DNA from: Coleofasciculus chthonoplastes F2-STO-03
Lineage (GTDB): Bacteria > Cyanobacteriota > Cyanobacteriia > Cyanobacteriales > Coleofasciculaceae
NCBI GenBank assembly: GCA_040222015.1
Contig: JAVJWO010000030.1
Coordinates: 1-64,000 of the forward strand
Reading direction: 5' to 3'
DNA: 64,000 nt
Shown: in pieces, positions 20,523 to 29,982 of the stretch
How positions within the stretch are numbered: position 1 is the stretch's first letter
How the letters are laid out: each line of letters opens with the position of its first letter
Made by a program: the position numbers and the translations under genes
Notes under the pieces: model-generated
Told to the model about the DNA's origin: nothing
The model's database searches: none
Seen by the model: only the letters and a program-made list of their open reading frames with translations

Positions 20523-20542
20523 GAATTTCACCTGAATTTCAT
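20523..20542 (+). promoter_or_regulatory. CopR/NrsR-type direct repeat upstream of the efflux operon
   Basis: GAATTTCA-cct-GAATTTCA(T), 11-bp period. Confidence 0.75.
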
Positions 20543-20594
20543 CTGTCCTTTGGCAGACTGGGGAAGATTTTCGTCAACCCAGAGCGAGTGAACT

Positions 20595-21284
20595 ATGCGT
20601 TATCGGCACAAAGCCTTACTAGAATCTGTCCTGATTACCACCCTGATGCTGTCTATGCCTAATGTGGCTTTTTCCCATGTCGGACATGGGGATGAGTTTC
20701 AAGCGACAGGGGGTGTGGAACGAGTACAGGTGAATGCTGAAACTGATCAGATGTTGGGCATTGTTGTCACGCCGATCGCTCAATCCGCTGAGGGTGGAAC
20801 TGGAGTGATGGTGCCTGTCACCGCATTGGTGGATGCGGATGGCAAGCAGCTCGTCTTTGTGCAGTATGAGAATTTTTATGAGCCAGTTGAAATTACAACA
20901 GGTGCAACCCAGGGCGAACTGATCGAAGTAACCGCAGGATTGTCGGTTGGGGAAAACCTCGTCACCCAAGGTGGCTTGTCACTTTATGCCGAATCTCGCA
21001 AAACCAAAACGGCTGATTCAGCCACTAACCCCGATGCGATCGCATCTTCTAAAACCGATGCAGCTCATGCTCAGGCAGATGCCCAAGGAATCCCTCATAG
21101 CCACGATGCTGCTGGCAATATAACCCAACAGCCTGGGGAAGTCGCACCGCAAGAGGGTGGATTTCCGATGGGGATTTTAGCTGCTGTTGGTGGCGGAGCC
21201 GTGGTGTTAGTTGGTGCGATCGCCTTTATCGGGGGCAATCGTAAGAAAAAGAATGTCTTTTCTGACAAAAGAGGGGGCTTCTAA
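20595..21284 (+). CDS. NrsB-like periplasmic adaptor for heavy-metal RND efflux
   Basis: Signal peptide then HVGHGDEF; adaptor-like VPVTALV..VFVQ..YEPV..G; PHSH; C-terminal TM. Confidence 0.75.
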   Translation: MRYRHKALLESVLITTLMLSMPNVAFSHVGHGDEFQATGGVERVQVNAETDQMLGIVVTPIAQSAEGGTGVMVPVTALVDADGKQLVFVQYENFYEPVEITTGATQGELIEVTAGLSVGENLVTQGGLSLYAESRKTKTADSATNPDAIASSKTDAAHAQADAQGIPHSHDAAGNITQQPGEVAPQEGGFPMGILAAVGGGAVVLVGAIAFIGGNRKKKNVFSDKRGGF

Positions 21285-21290
21285 TCTAAA

Positions 21291-24200
21291 ATGTTTAACA
21301 CGATTCTGAATCAGACGCTCAAAAACGCGATCGCTCATCGGTGGTTCATCGTTGCGGGTGCTATTGTGATTACCCTGTGGGGTGTTGTCAGTATCACTCA
21401 GATGCCACTGGATGTGTTTCCTGAATTTGCACCGCCTCAAGTCGATATTCAAACCGAAGCAACGGGATTGGCTCCAGAGGAGGTGGAAACACAGATTACT
21501 GTACCCATTGAAAGTGCGGTGAATGGCTTACCCGGAGTGACGACGGTGCGATCGTCTTCTAAGGTAGGGCTATCGATGGTGCAGGTAGTCTTTGACCAAG
21601 ATGCTGATATTTACAAAGCGCGGCAATCGGTAACAGAACGGCTCCAGCAAGTCACCAATCAGCTTCCAGAAGACACGCATCCGCCAGAAATTTCGCCACT
21701 GGTATCCCCGTTGGGTACGATTTTGCAGTATGCCTTTACCGTAAATGGGCAGGGGCAAACCTCGCTGATGGAACTGCGCCGACTGGTGGACGTCACCCTC
21801 AGCCATCAGATTCTGTCAGTACCGGGAGTCTCTCAAGTTACCATTTATGGGGGAGATGAACGCCAAGAACAAGTGCTGGTCGATCCGGCAAAACTGCGAT
21901 CGCGTAATGTCTCTCTCACCGACGTCACCAATGCCGCAAGAGGTGCCAATTCTAATGCTCCTGGTGGTTTCCTGATTGGTGGGGGTCAAGAACTGCTGGT
22001 GCGTGGCATTGGGCAGATCCAATCCATTGAAGACTTGCAGCAATCGGTGGTGAAGGTGCAGGAGGGGCAACCCATTCTGCTTCAAGATGTGGCAGAGGTC
22101 AAAACCGGGGCAGCCCTAAAGCGCGGGGATGCCAGCTTTAATGGACAGCCTGCGGTGGTGCTGATGATTAATAAACAGCCTGATGTGGATACTCCCACCG
22201 TCACGAAAGCGGTGGAAGCGGTGATGCAGTCGTTGCAGCCAACCTTTCCGGCTGATGTACAAGTGGCACGAACCTTTCGCCAGTCTAACTTCATTGATGC
22301 GGCGATTCGCAATGTCAGCGGTTCTCTGATTCAAGGCATCATTATTGTGTCGGTGATCATGCTGCTGTTTTTGATGAATTGGCGCACGGCGGTGATTACT
22401 CTGAGTGCGATTCCCCTATCTTTGTTGGTTGGGTTACTCTTGATGAAAGCCTTTGGCTTGGGCATCAATACAATGACATTGGGTGGATTAGTGGTTGCCA
22501 TTGGCTCCGTTGTGGATGATGCAATTGTGGACATGGAAAACTGCTATCGTGGACTCCGCACGAATCAAGCCCAGGGCAATCCCAAGCATCCCTTTCAAGT
22601 TGTCTATGACACCTCTGTGGCAGTACGGCTGGCGGTGATTTTTTCCACCGTGATCATCATTGTGGTATTCGCACCGATTTTTAGTTTGACTGGCGTGGAG
22701 GGGCGTATTTTTGCGCCGATGGGGTTGGCATATTTGCTGTCAATCGCGGCTTCTACACTGGTGGCTATGACCCTTTCTCCTGCCCTTTGTGCGATTTTGC
22801 TGGCTAATCAAACCTTGCCCCAGGAAGGTACGTTTGTGTCCCGCTGGGCAGAACGGCTCTATCGCCCGTTGCTGAATGTTTCGTTGCGATCGCCCCAAAT
22901 TATTTTAGGTGTGGCACTGGCGGCGTTGGTGGCGGCTTGTGCGATCGTTCCTTCCCTAGGACGGGTGTTTCTGCCGGAATTCCAGGAAAAGTCGATGGTT
23001 AACTCGATGGTGTTATTTCCGGGTGTGTCCCTGGATATGACGAATCGGGCAGGGATAGTGCTTTCTAAGTCGCTTCAGGACAATCCCCTCTATGAATGGG
23101 TGCAGGTACGGGCAGGACGCGCTCCTGGGGATGCTGATGGGGCTGGAGTGAGTATGGCACACGTTGATGTGGAACTGAGTGATCGGGCGCTGAAAGACCG
23201 GGAAGCTAGCGTTAAACACCTGCGGGAAGCCTTCCTGAAGTTGCCCGGTGTCGCCCCTAATATTGGCGGATTTATCTCCCACCGCATGGATGAGGTACTC
23301 TCTGGAGTTAGAAGTGCGATCGCGATAAAAATCTTTGGTCCGGATTTGATCGAACTCCGCCAGATTGGTGAACAGGTGCGCGATGTTATTCAACCGATTG
23401 CTGGGGTTGTAGACTTGCAGCTTGAACCCCAACTGCCCATACGTCAGGTGCAAATCCAATATGATCGGGCGGCGGCGGCGACGTATGGATTGAGTATGGA
23501 ACAATTGTCAGAGGTGGTAGAAACGGCTCTGAATGGTCGAGTGGTGTCCCAGGTAGCGGAAAACCAACAGCTTATTGATATCTACGTCTCATTGACACAA
23601 AAGGCGCGTAACAGTTTAGATGCGATTGGTGGGATTCCTATCTCCACTCCCACGGGAGAAACCATCCCCCTGAGTACCGTGGCTAAAGTAGATTACGGCA
23701 TGGGCGTCAATGTGGTGAATCGAGAAGACGTTTCCCGGTTAATTGTTGTTTCAGCTAACGTTACTGAGCGGGATTTGGGCAGTGTGGTTGGTGATATTCA
23801 AGCTCAAATTCGCCAAAACGTACAGTTGCCTAATGGCTATTTTATCCAGTACGGCGGACAGTTTGAATCGGAGGAACGGGCGACTAATAACCTGCTGGTG
23901 TATAGTATCTTGGCGGCGATAGTGATTGCGGTGTTGATGTTCTTTTCGGTTAAATCCCTTCCTGCTACGCTCGCGATCATGATTAACTTACCTTTGGCAT
24001 TAGTGGGAGGTATTGTCTCAATTGCGCTGACTGGCGGTGTGATTTCGGTTGCATCTCTGATTGGCTTTATCACCCTGTTTGGCGTTGCTGTTCGCAATGG
24101 CTTGTTACTGGTAGACAACTACAACAACAAGTTTGCCCAGGGAATGTACCTTAAAGATGTAATTGTCAATGGTTCTCTAGAACGAGTGAACGCCATCTTG

Positions 24201-24455
24201 ATGACAGCAATCACCTCAGCATTGGGGATGCTACCGTTAGCGATCGCCAGTGGCGCTGGAAATGAGATTTTACAGCCGTTGGCAATTGTGGTTTTGGGTG
24301 GTTTGTTTACTTCTACAGCCTTGACATTATTGGTGATTCCTGCACTTTATGCCAAGTTTGGCAAGCGGTTGATACCCAAACAAAAAACCATGGCGGTTCA
24401 GACGAGTTTTCCGGTGAAGGCTGCACCGCAATCATCGGTAGATTCACTGCTGTAG
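21291..24455 (+). CDS. CusA/CzcA-family heavy-metal efflux RND transporter (NrsA-like)
   Basis: 1054 aa; LDVFPEF, GLAPEEVE, GSVVDDAIVDMEN, AILMTA and LAIVVLGGL motifs. Confidence 0.93.
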   Translation: MFNTILNQTLKNAIAHRWFIVAGAIVITLWGVVSITQMPLDVFPEFAPPQVDIQTEATGLAPEEVETQITVPIESAVNGLPGVTTVRSSSKVGLSMVQVVFDQDADIYKARQSVTERLQQVTNQLPEDTHPPEISPLVSPLGTILQYAFTVNGQGQTSLMELRRLVDVTLSHQILSVPGVSQVTIYGGDERQEQVLVDPAKLRSRNVSLTDVTNAARGANSNAPGGFLIGGGQELLVRGIGQIQSIEDLQQSVVKVQEGQPILLQDVAEVKTGAALKRGDASFNGQPAVVLMINKQPDVDTPTVTKAVEAVMQSLQPTFPADVQVARTFRQSNFIDAAIRNVSGSLIQGIIIVSVIMLLFLMNWRTAVITLSAIPLSLLVGLLLMKAFGLGINTMTLGGLVVAIGSVVDDAIVDMENCYRGLRTNQAQGNPKHPFQVVYDTSVAVRLAVIFSTVIIIVVFAPIFSLTGVEGRIFAPMGLAYLLSIAASTLVAMTLSPALCAILLANQTLPQEGTFVSRWAERLYRPLLNVSLRSPQIILGVALAALVAACAIVPSLGRVFLPEFQEKSMVNSMVLFPGVSLDMTNRAGIVLSKSLQDNPLYEWVQVRAGRAPGDADGAGVSMAHVDVELSDRALKDREASVKHLREAFLKLPGVAPNIGGFISHRMDEVLSGVRSAIAIKIFGPDLIELRQIGEQVRDVIQPIAGVVDLQLEPQLPIRQVQIQYDRAAAATYGLSMEQLSEVVETALNGRVVSQVAENQQLIDIYVSLTQKARNSLDAIGGIPISTPTGETIPLSTVAKVDYGMGVNVVNREDVSRLIVVSANVTERDLGSVVGDIQAQIRQNVQLPNGYFIQYGGQFESEERATNNLLVYSILAAIVIAVLMFFSVKSLPATLAIMINLPLALVGGIVSIALTGGVISVASLIGFITLFGVAVRNGLLLVDNYNNKFAQGMYLKDVIVNGSLERVNAILMTAITSALGMLPLAIASGAGNEILQPLAIVVLGGLFTSTALTLLVIPALYAKFGKRLIPKQKTMAVQTSFPVKAAPQSSVDSLL

Positions 24456-24581
24456 GGCTTTTGATTAGATTGGGTTTCCACCCGTTCATTAATCCGTGAA
24501 AAAACCGCGATCGCACGCGGGTTATCTTAAACTGAAGTTCCCCACCGTTCACTTTAATTGTCCCCACCTACTAAAAACACA

Positions 24582-24836
24582 ATGTCACATCAACTCACAA
24601 TCACCTACCCAGAAACCTTTCCCGATGCCTTACAACAAACCAGAGAACAGTTTGAACATGAGGCAAAATGGGCAATGGCAGTGAAACTTTTTGAGATGAA
24701 ACGCCTATCATCGGGAATGGCAGCCGCATTGATTGGCACGGATAGAGTTTCATTCCTGCTTCACTTAAATCGTTATGGTGTGCCAATGATTGACCTCACC
24801 GAAGCAGAACTATTATCGGATTTGGACAATGCCTGA
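24582..24836 (+). CDS. UPF0175 family putative antitoxin
   Basis: AVKLFE..RLSSGMAA...G..R..FL motif; overlaps the next gene. Confidence 0.85.
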   Translation: MSHQLTITYPETFPDALQQTREQFEHEAKWAMAVKLFEMKRLSSGMAAALIGTDRVSFLLHLNRYGVPMIDLTEAELLSDLDNA

Positions 24837-25341
24837 AACCCAGAAGATTGTAATCAATACTTCCCCCTTAATCGCTCTTGTTGCTGCTTTAGGTGATTTA
24901 ACGGTATTGCCATCTCTTTATACTCAGGTATTGGTTCCCTTTGAAGTCTGTCAAGAAATTATGGCAGGTGGTTCAAGTGGGTTTGCCGTAGCTGAATTTG
25001 AAGCAGCAACCTGGCGGCAAAAACAACAAACCTCCTTGACAATTTCTCCCCTTCTGCTCAATTCCCTCGATAGAGGCGAAGCCGCCGTGATTCAGTTAGC
25101 TATGAATGAAAACATTCAAACTGTCTGTATTGATGAAGTGGCAGGTAGACGAATCGCCAGATTAAGTGGACTTTCACTGACGGGTTCTATTGGCATTTTA
25201 CTCCGTGCTAAGCGGGAAGGCTTCCTTTTTTCAATGCAGCAAGCGATATCTCAAATGCTCAACCGAGGGATTCGATTAAGTCCAACGGTGATTAAGTTTG
25301 CTTTAGAACAATCTGGGGAAAACCCTGTATCTGAGGAATGA
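24829..25341 (+). CDS. DUF3368 PIN-domain protein (putative toxin)
   Basis: VINTSPLI, LDRGEAAVI, IDE..GRR.A and GSIGILL.AK motifs. Confidence 0.85.
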   Translation: MPETQKIVINTSPLIALVAALGDLTVLPSLYTQVLVPFEVCQEIMAGGSSGFAVAEFEAATWRQKQQTSLTISPLLLNSLDRGEAAVIQLAMNENIQTVCIDEVAGRRIARLSGLSLTGSIGILLRAKREGFLFSMQQAISQMLNRGIRLSPTVIKFALEQSGENPVSEE

Positions 25342-25525
25342 GCATTTAGGTTATTTATTATGGAATAGGCTAAAGTCCCCAATCAACTGGGACAAAGTAA
25401 ATCCAGAGTTTTGCGATCAGTTGTTTCAGTCCCCTTGGGAGAATTAGGTTAGCGGAAAGTCATTCAAATTATGACTCTTTTCCTGGTTGAGGAACTGTTA
25501 TCACTTCCAAGTTTTTCAGATAACC

Positions 25526-26968
25526 TCATGACAGCATAAAGGCATCAAGTTCATCGATATCGTGGATAATATCGGTTTCTGAAACCTCATAGGCTTCTGC
25601 CAATTGAATACTAGCTTGCAGCCTCAGCGCCACGTTTTTACCTGTATCAAATGCAGCCTTAGTCAAGTCTCCAAGTTTTTCATATTCCGCGATAATTATC
25701 GATACGACTGCACGGTAGGTTTGGTCAATTTTAGCAAGGCACTGATTGTAGTATTCATCCATCTGACGCTGCAACTTTTCAGTTTCTTTACCAAGGTATT
25801 TTTTACTAAAATCTATAACTATTCGTCCAGCAATTGTTCCCAGAACTGCACCGAGAACAGGAATTGGAATTACAGCCTGTCCAAGAACAGAAGCCAAAGC
25901 TGCTGCTGCCGACTCCATACAGGCTAACTGACTCAACTCGGCAAATTGGTCAAAGGAAATTGCCCCTAAATTTAGCTCGTTAGCAAGACTGGCAATTACC
26001 TGACCAGCACTGACAAAAGAACCAGCAAAGGGAGCAGACAAACTGGCAAAATTAGTGAGGGCATAGATAGCTCCAGCAGCGATACCACCAAAAGCAGCTC
26101 CTTTAGCGGTATCAATGCCTATCTCTTTCCAGTCGTCGGCTGTGTAATCACCCTTAAAGGGATTTTTGCCCTGTTTGTACTTCTCATATACTTTGAAAGC
26201 TAATCGAATTCCACCACCGATTAAGGCTCCCTTGCCAGCTACTTGAGCCATATCTCCTAAATTCGGTTGTACATCAGTTCGGATGTTCTCCTTGATTTGT
26301 TTGTTTTCGTCGCTAAGTTTTTGCTCGTGCCTGTCTAATGTGTCGTGGAGCTTGCCTTGCTGTACCTCAGTGTAATTAGAAATACCAGGCTTGACGACGG
26401 CACTAAATGACTTACCAGAAAACTCTTCTATTTCTTGGGCTTTTTGCTGGATTTTTTGTAATGTGCGGTTGGCTAATCCTTCTACAGACTCACCCTTCAG
26501 TACCTTTTGAATAGTCTCGTAGTAGTCTCTTGGAATATGGTAATAGGAACCTTCTCTACCGAAATTATCATACTTGCTCATGTGTTCTAGTACATGATCC
26601 AAGTTTTTGTTAAGACCATTGATAAACTTGGACTGAACTTGAACACTATTAATAAGGTAGTCTTCAGGAGCTGTTCGACCAACTCCCTCGAATGTTGCAC
26701 TTGGAGTTTGCTGACGCAAATAGTCCCTGGCGTTACGAATGCCTACTTCAACTTGCTCGGCAATCTCGCCATGTTTAGTTTTGTCGCTACCTAGAATTTG
26801 CTCAGGGCTTCCAACAAAATCTCTTACTTTCACAACCTGCTCAATAGCCTTGGCGAAGGCGGAATCTTGACTTTCCAAAGCAGCTTTGAGCTGTTCTGCA
26901 TGACGGAGATTATCCCCCGCCACCATACCGCCAATTATCTGAGTCGTCTGATGAACGTTCTCTTTCAT
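25526..26968 (-). CDS. Uncharacterised protein with putative nuclease-like N-half and hydrophobic/coiled-coil C-half
   Basis: 480-aa ORF; HGEIAE...PEDY...VQSK motif; Gly/Ala-rich helices including IPIPVLGAVLG. Confidence 0.85.
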   Translation of the reverse strand: MKENVHQTTQIIGGMVAGDNLRHAEQLKAALESQDSAFAKAIEQVVKVRDFVGSPEQILGSDKTKHGEIAEQVEVGIRNARDYLRQQTPSATFEGVGRTAPEDYLINSVQVQSKFINGLNKNLDHVLEHMSKYDNFGREGSYYHIPRDYYETIQKVLKGESVEGLANRTLQKIQQKAQEIEEFSGKSFSAVVKPGISNYTEVQQGKLHDTLDRHEQKLSDENKQIKENIRTDVQPNLGDMAQVAGKGALIGGGIRLAFKVYEKYKQGKNPFKGDYTADDWKEIGIDTAKGAAFGGIAAGAIYALTNFASLSAPFAGSFVSAGQVIASLANELNLGAISFDQFAELSQLACMESAAAALASVLGQAVIPIPVLGAVLGTIAGRIVIDFSKKYLGKETEKLQRQMDEYYNQCLAKIDQTYRAVVSIIIAEYEKLGDLTKAAFDTGKNVALRLQASIQLAEAYEVSETDIIHDIDELDAFMLS

Positions 26969-26980
26969 CGGTATCCTTAA

Positions 26981-27829
26981 TTAGCTCAGTTTCTTATTCA
27001 GTAGTTTAGAAAGCGCTTGGATGTTGTTAATCAGGGTTGCTAACTCAATCTTTTGCTGATTGCTGAAGTCCTGATAGTTGTTAGGAGCATCTATCTTGAG
27101 GAAGTTCAATCGTGTGTTAACACCTTCAGCATGTTGTTGAGTTAAAGTGAAAAGTCTGGCAATTTCTTCCTTAGCAGCCTTCAGAGTTGCTGTCTTTGCC
27201 TTAATTTTGGTTGCTTCCTGAGTGGCTTTCTGGGCAATTTCTTCATTTTTGTGTCGCGCCCAAAGCGTACTGCCTACAAGAGCTGTGCCGCCAATAGCCC
27301 AACCAACTGGTCCAGCCATCGCTAGCAGAAAGTTACCTGCTGCCATCCCACCACCACCAGCAGCAAGCGCACCGCCGCCGAGCCATGCAAGTGCCGCGTT
27401 AGTTGCAGCAGCGCCTGATAGAGCTGAGATAGCAGTACCTGTTGAAGCAGTGCCAAAGGTTGTTGCAATAGCCATCGCCGCAGTTGGAGCAAAAGCAGCA
27501 ACACCAACACCTGCTGCGGTTCCTGCTCCTGCCACTGATCCGCTCACATTGGCAGCTTTATCTGCGTCAGCCTTAATTTGCTGAACTACCTTAGTAAACT
27601 TGTCGAACTCTACCTTGAATTCAGACACTGACTTATCGAACTCTTTTGGTGAGTTGGCAAGAATGTTGACATATTCCTCGCAAGCCTGAATCACTTGTTC
27701 AGCAGTCGCTTTGCGCTTCTCGTATAGTTCTGCCGCTCTCTTGGTTACATCCGTTGCAACTGTCTGATATTCTTTATCAGTAGCTTCAAGCTTAGCTAAA
27801 GCTTTTTTCTTTAGGTCACCATTTAACAT
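26981..27829 (-). CDS. Uncharacterised coiled-coil protein with long Gly/Ala hydrophobic hairpin
   Basis: ATG at 27829 (MLNGDLKK) with AGGAG RBS; TASTGTAISALSGAAATNAALAWLGGG..GPVGWAIG segment. Confidence 0.85.
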   Translation of the reverse strand: MLNGDLKKKALAKLEATDKEYQTVATDVTKRAAELYEKRKATAEQVIQACEEYVNILANSPKEFDKSVSEFKVEFDKFTKVVQQIKADADKAANVSGSVAGAGTAAGVGVAAFAPTAAMAIATTFGTASTGTAISALSGAAATNAALAWLGGGALAAGGGGMAAGNFLLAMAGPVGWAIGGTALVGSTLWARHKNEEIAQKATQEATKIKAKTATLKAAKEEIARLFTLTQQHAEGVNTRLNFLKIDAPNNYQDFSNQQKIELATLINNIQALSKLLNKKLS

Positions 27830-28188
27830 TTTTTGCTCCTTAGATCCCTTTCTATTCCGTGCAGCCTTATTCTTCAGTATCAACGAGCAAATGATGAAGT
27901 TATCGTGAATCAAGATGAAGATCGTGTGAATCTTTGCTGCTGTCGTTAGCAGCTAGGAGCGCGTACTGAACAGAATGAAATTTAACAGGTTGAAGGAATT
28001 GATAGACCAGAGGTAAGATAACCATTATTTCTCGGCTTAAAGAAGGTCAGGACTTACGCAACTGTCACACGCGATCGCAAACCCATTCTCTTGGTCTACA
28101 ATGACTCTGACTTTTGTCAAGTCCTTTTATCTGTGTTTGTTTCCTTTACAATACAGTTTCTTGTTGAGATTATCTAAGCATTCTTTCT

Positions 28189-28414
28189 ATGCGAATTCTG
28201 TTAGTTGAAGATGAACTGGATTTAGGCGCAGCAATTAAGCGAGTCTTAGTTAGTGAGAAATATGTGGTGGATTGGGTACAAGATGGTACTCTGGCATGGA
28301 GTTACTTAGAGTATCAGTGGACAGATTACACCGTAGCCGTTTTAGACTGGTTACTGCCGGGACTATCGGGGTTAGAGTTATGTCAGGGGTTGCGATCGCG
28401 AAACAATGCCTTAC
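28189..28414 (+). pseudogene. Truncated RppA/NrsR-type response regulator
   Basis: First ~75 codons are closely paralogous to 12889..13596; similarity stops at the IS left end. Confidence 0.85.
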
Positions 28415-29883
28415 AGTATAAGCGATGGTGCAGGTTCCCCCGCACTTCAGTCGGGGGATGAAACCGAGCAAGTCGTAAAGACAGCGGGATTTATCCCGCA
28501 ATAATTCCCTCAAGTGATATAATATAAAAATCAACAAGGAGGGAATATTCTTGTACGGTTGTCAGCAATTACTATTAAATCCAGATCAAGAGCTAGCCGC
28601 CGTTCTAGAGTTTATTTGCACCGAAGCGAATAACTTAATGAACTGCGGTATTTATTATGCTCGTCAAGTCTGGTTTAAGTGTCGGCGGATTATCGGTAAA
28701 TATGACTTAGAAAAGGAGTACAAAAACAACAAACACTTCCAAGCCCTCTACTCTCAAGCAGCTCAACAAGCGCTAAGAACAGTTAGCGAATCTTTCAAAT
28801 CGTTTGATGGGTTAATGAAGGCGTTCAGAAAAGAAAAAATAGCGGACAATCCTAGATTACCTAAGTATTTAAAGAAGGGCGGTCTTTCTGTTGTCAGTTA
28901 TCCCAAACAAGCTTTGAAGATTAAAGATGGTCAAATCAGAATACCGCTAGGAACGCTAGTCAAGACATGGTTCAAGATAGCGGATTTCTTCATTCATAAG
29001 CCATCTAATCTTGCCTTCAAAGACATCAAAGAGCTGAGAATCCTTCCCCGCAACGGCTGCTTCTATGCTGAGTTTGTCTACCTCATGCCTTCTATAACAG
29101 CAGATGTAGACTCCTCACGGGTACTAGGAATCGACCCCGGACTCAACAACTGGATGACCTGTGTTTCTAATGTAGGAACCAGCTTTATTGTTGATGGACG
29201 TAAACTAAAGAGTCTTAATCAGCTCTACAACAAACGGGTGGCAACCATTAAGGTGGGGAAATCTCAAGGATTTTGGAATGAAGAATTAGCCTCTCTTGCA
29301 GAAAGGCGCAATAGGCAAGTAAGAGATGCGGTTAACCAAGCCGCTCGTATCGTTATCAACCATTGCCTCCAACATCGAATTGGAACAGTCGTTTTCGGTT
29401 GGAATCGACGCCATAAAGATGGGATTGAGTTAGGGAAAAAGACGAACCAGGAGTTTGTTCAAATTCCTACTGCTCGTCTTAAACATAGGATTGAGCAACT
29501 GTGTGAGCAATACGGGATTCAGTTTGTAGAAACTGAAGAAAGCTATACCTCTAAAGCTAGTTTTCTTGACAATGACCCTCTGCCTGTATTCGGCTCCAAG
29601 CCGAAAGGGTGGATGCCGAGCGGGAAGCGAGTAAAACGAGGAATGTACCGCACCAAAAACGGAGAATTTGTCAACGCCGATGCTAACGGGGCTGCCAATA
29701 TCCTCCGCAAAGTAGAGATACAGCTAGGTCTTGATCTAGCCAAGGTCAGTAGGGCGTTTTTGACTGCGCCATCCAGGGTTTTCCTCTGGAACTCTAAGAA
29801 GATGAAACGGAGGGACGCGGCTTTAGCCCGTCCCGCAGTATCCTCTTAGAATCCCCTGCGTTTTTAACCAGGGGAGAAGTCAA
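28415..29883 (+). mobile_element. IS200/IS605-family TnpB-only element
   Basis: Left hairpin TCCCCCG..CGGGGGA (~28436-28458); right hairpin TCCCCTG..CAGGGGA ending in TCAA at 29883; left boundary uncertain by a few bp. Confidence 0.85.
28551..29849 (+). CDS. tnpB: RNA-guided endonuclease TnpB
   Basis: LYSQAAQQ, RuvC-I LGIDPG, EESYTSK, RuvC-III NADANGAANI; GGAGG RBS before TTG. Confidence 0.92.
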   Translation: MYGCQQLLLNPDQELAAVLEFICTEANNLMNCGIYYARQVWFKCRRIIGKYDLEKEYKNNKHFQALYSQAAQQALRTVSESFKSFDGLMKAFRKEKIADNPRLPKYLKKGGLSVVSYPKQALKIKDGQIRIPLGTLVKTWFKIADFFIHKPSNLAFKDIKELRILPRNGCFYAEFVYLMPSITADVDSSRVLGIDPGLNNWMTCVSNVGTSFIVDGRKLKSLNQLYNKRVATIKVGKSQGFWNEELASLAERRNRQVRDAVNQAARIVINHCLQHRIGTVVFGWNRRHKDGIELGKKTNQEFVQIPTARLKHRIEQLCEQYGIQFVETEESYTSKASFLDNDPLPVFGSKPKGWMPSGKRVKRGMYRTKNGEFVNADANGAANILRKVEIQLGLDLAKVSRAFLTAPSRVFLWNSKKMKRRDAALARPAVSS

Positions 29884-29982
29884 GTTTAATCTAGTCGGGG
29901 CGGGTTTAGTTACATCTGGGTGAGGGAAGAAATGATAGTAGTGAAACCCGCCCCTACAGACGAATCATGGCACATCTCTACA

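Noticed and set aside
21207..24118. Numerous antisense ORFs over the RND gene and other long CDSs
   Set aside because: Shadow frames with no independent motifs
27830..27913. Longer start for the 26981 gene
   Set aside because: The ATG at 27829 has a clear AGGAG RBS; the extension covers the probable promoter
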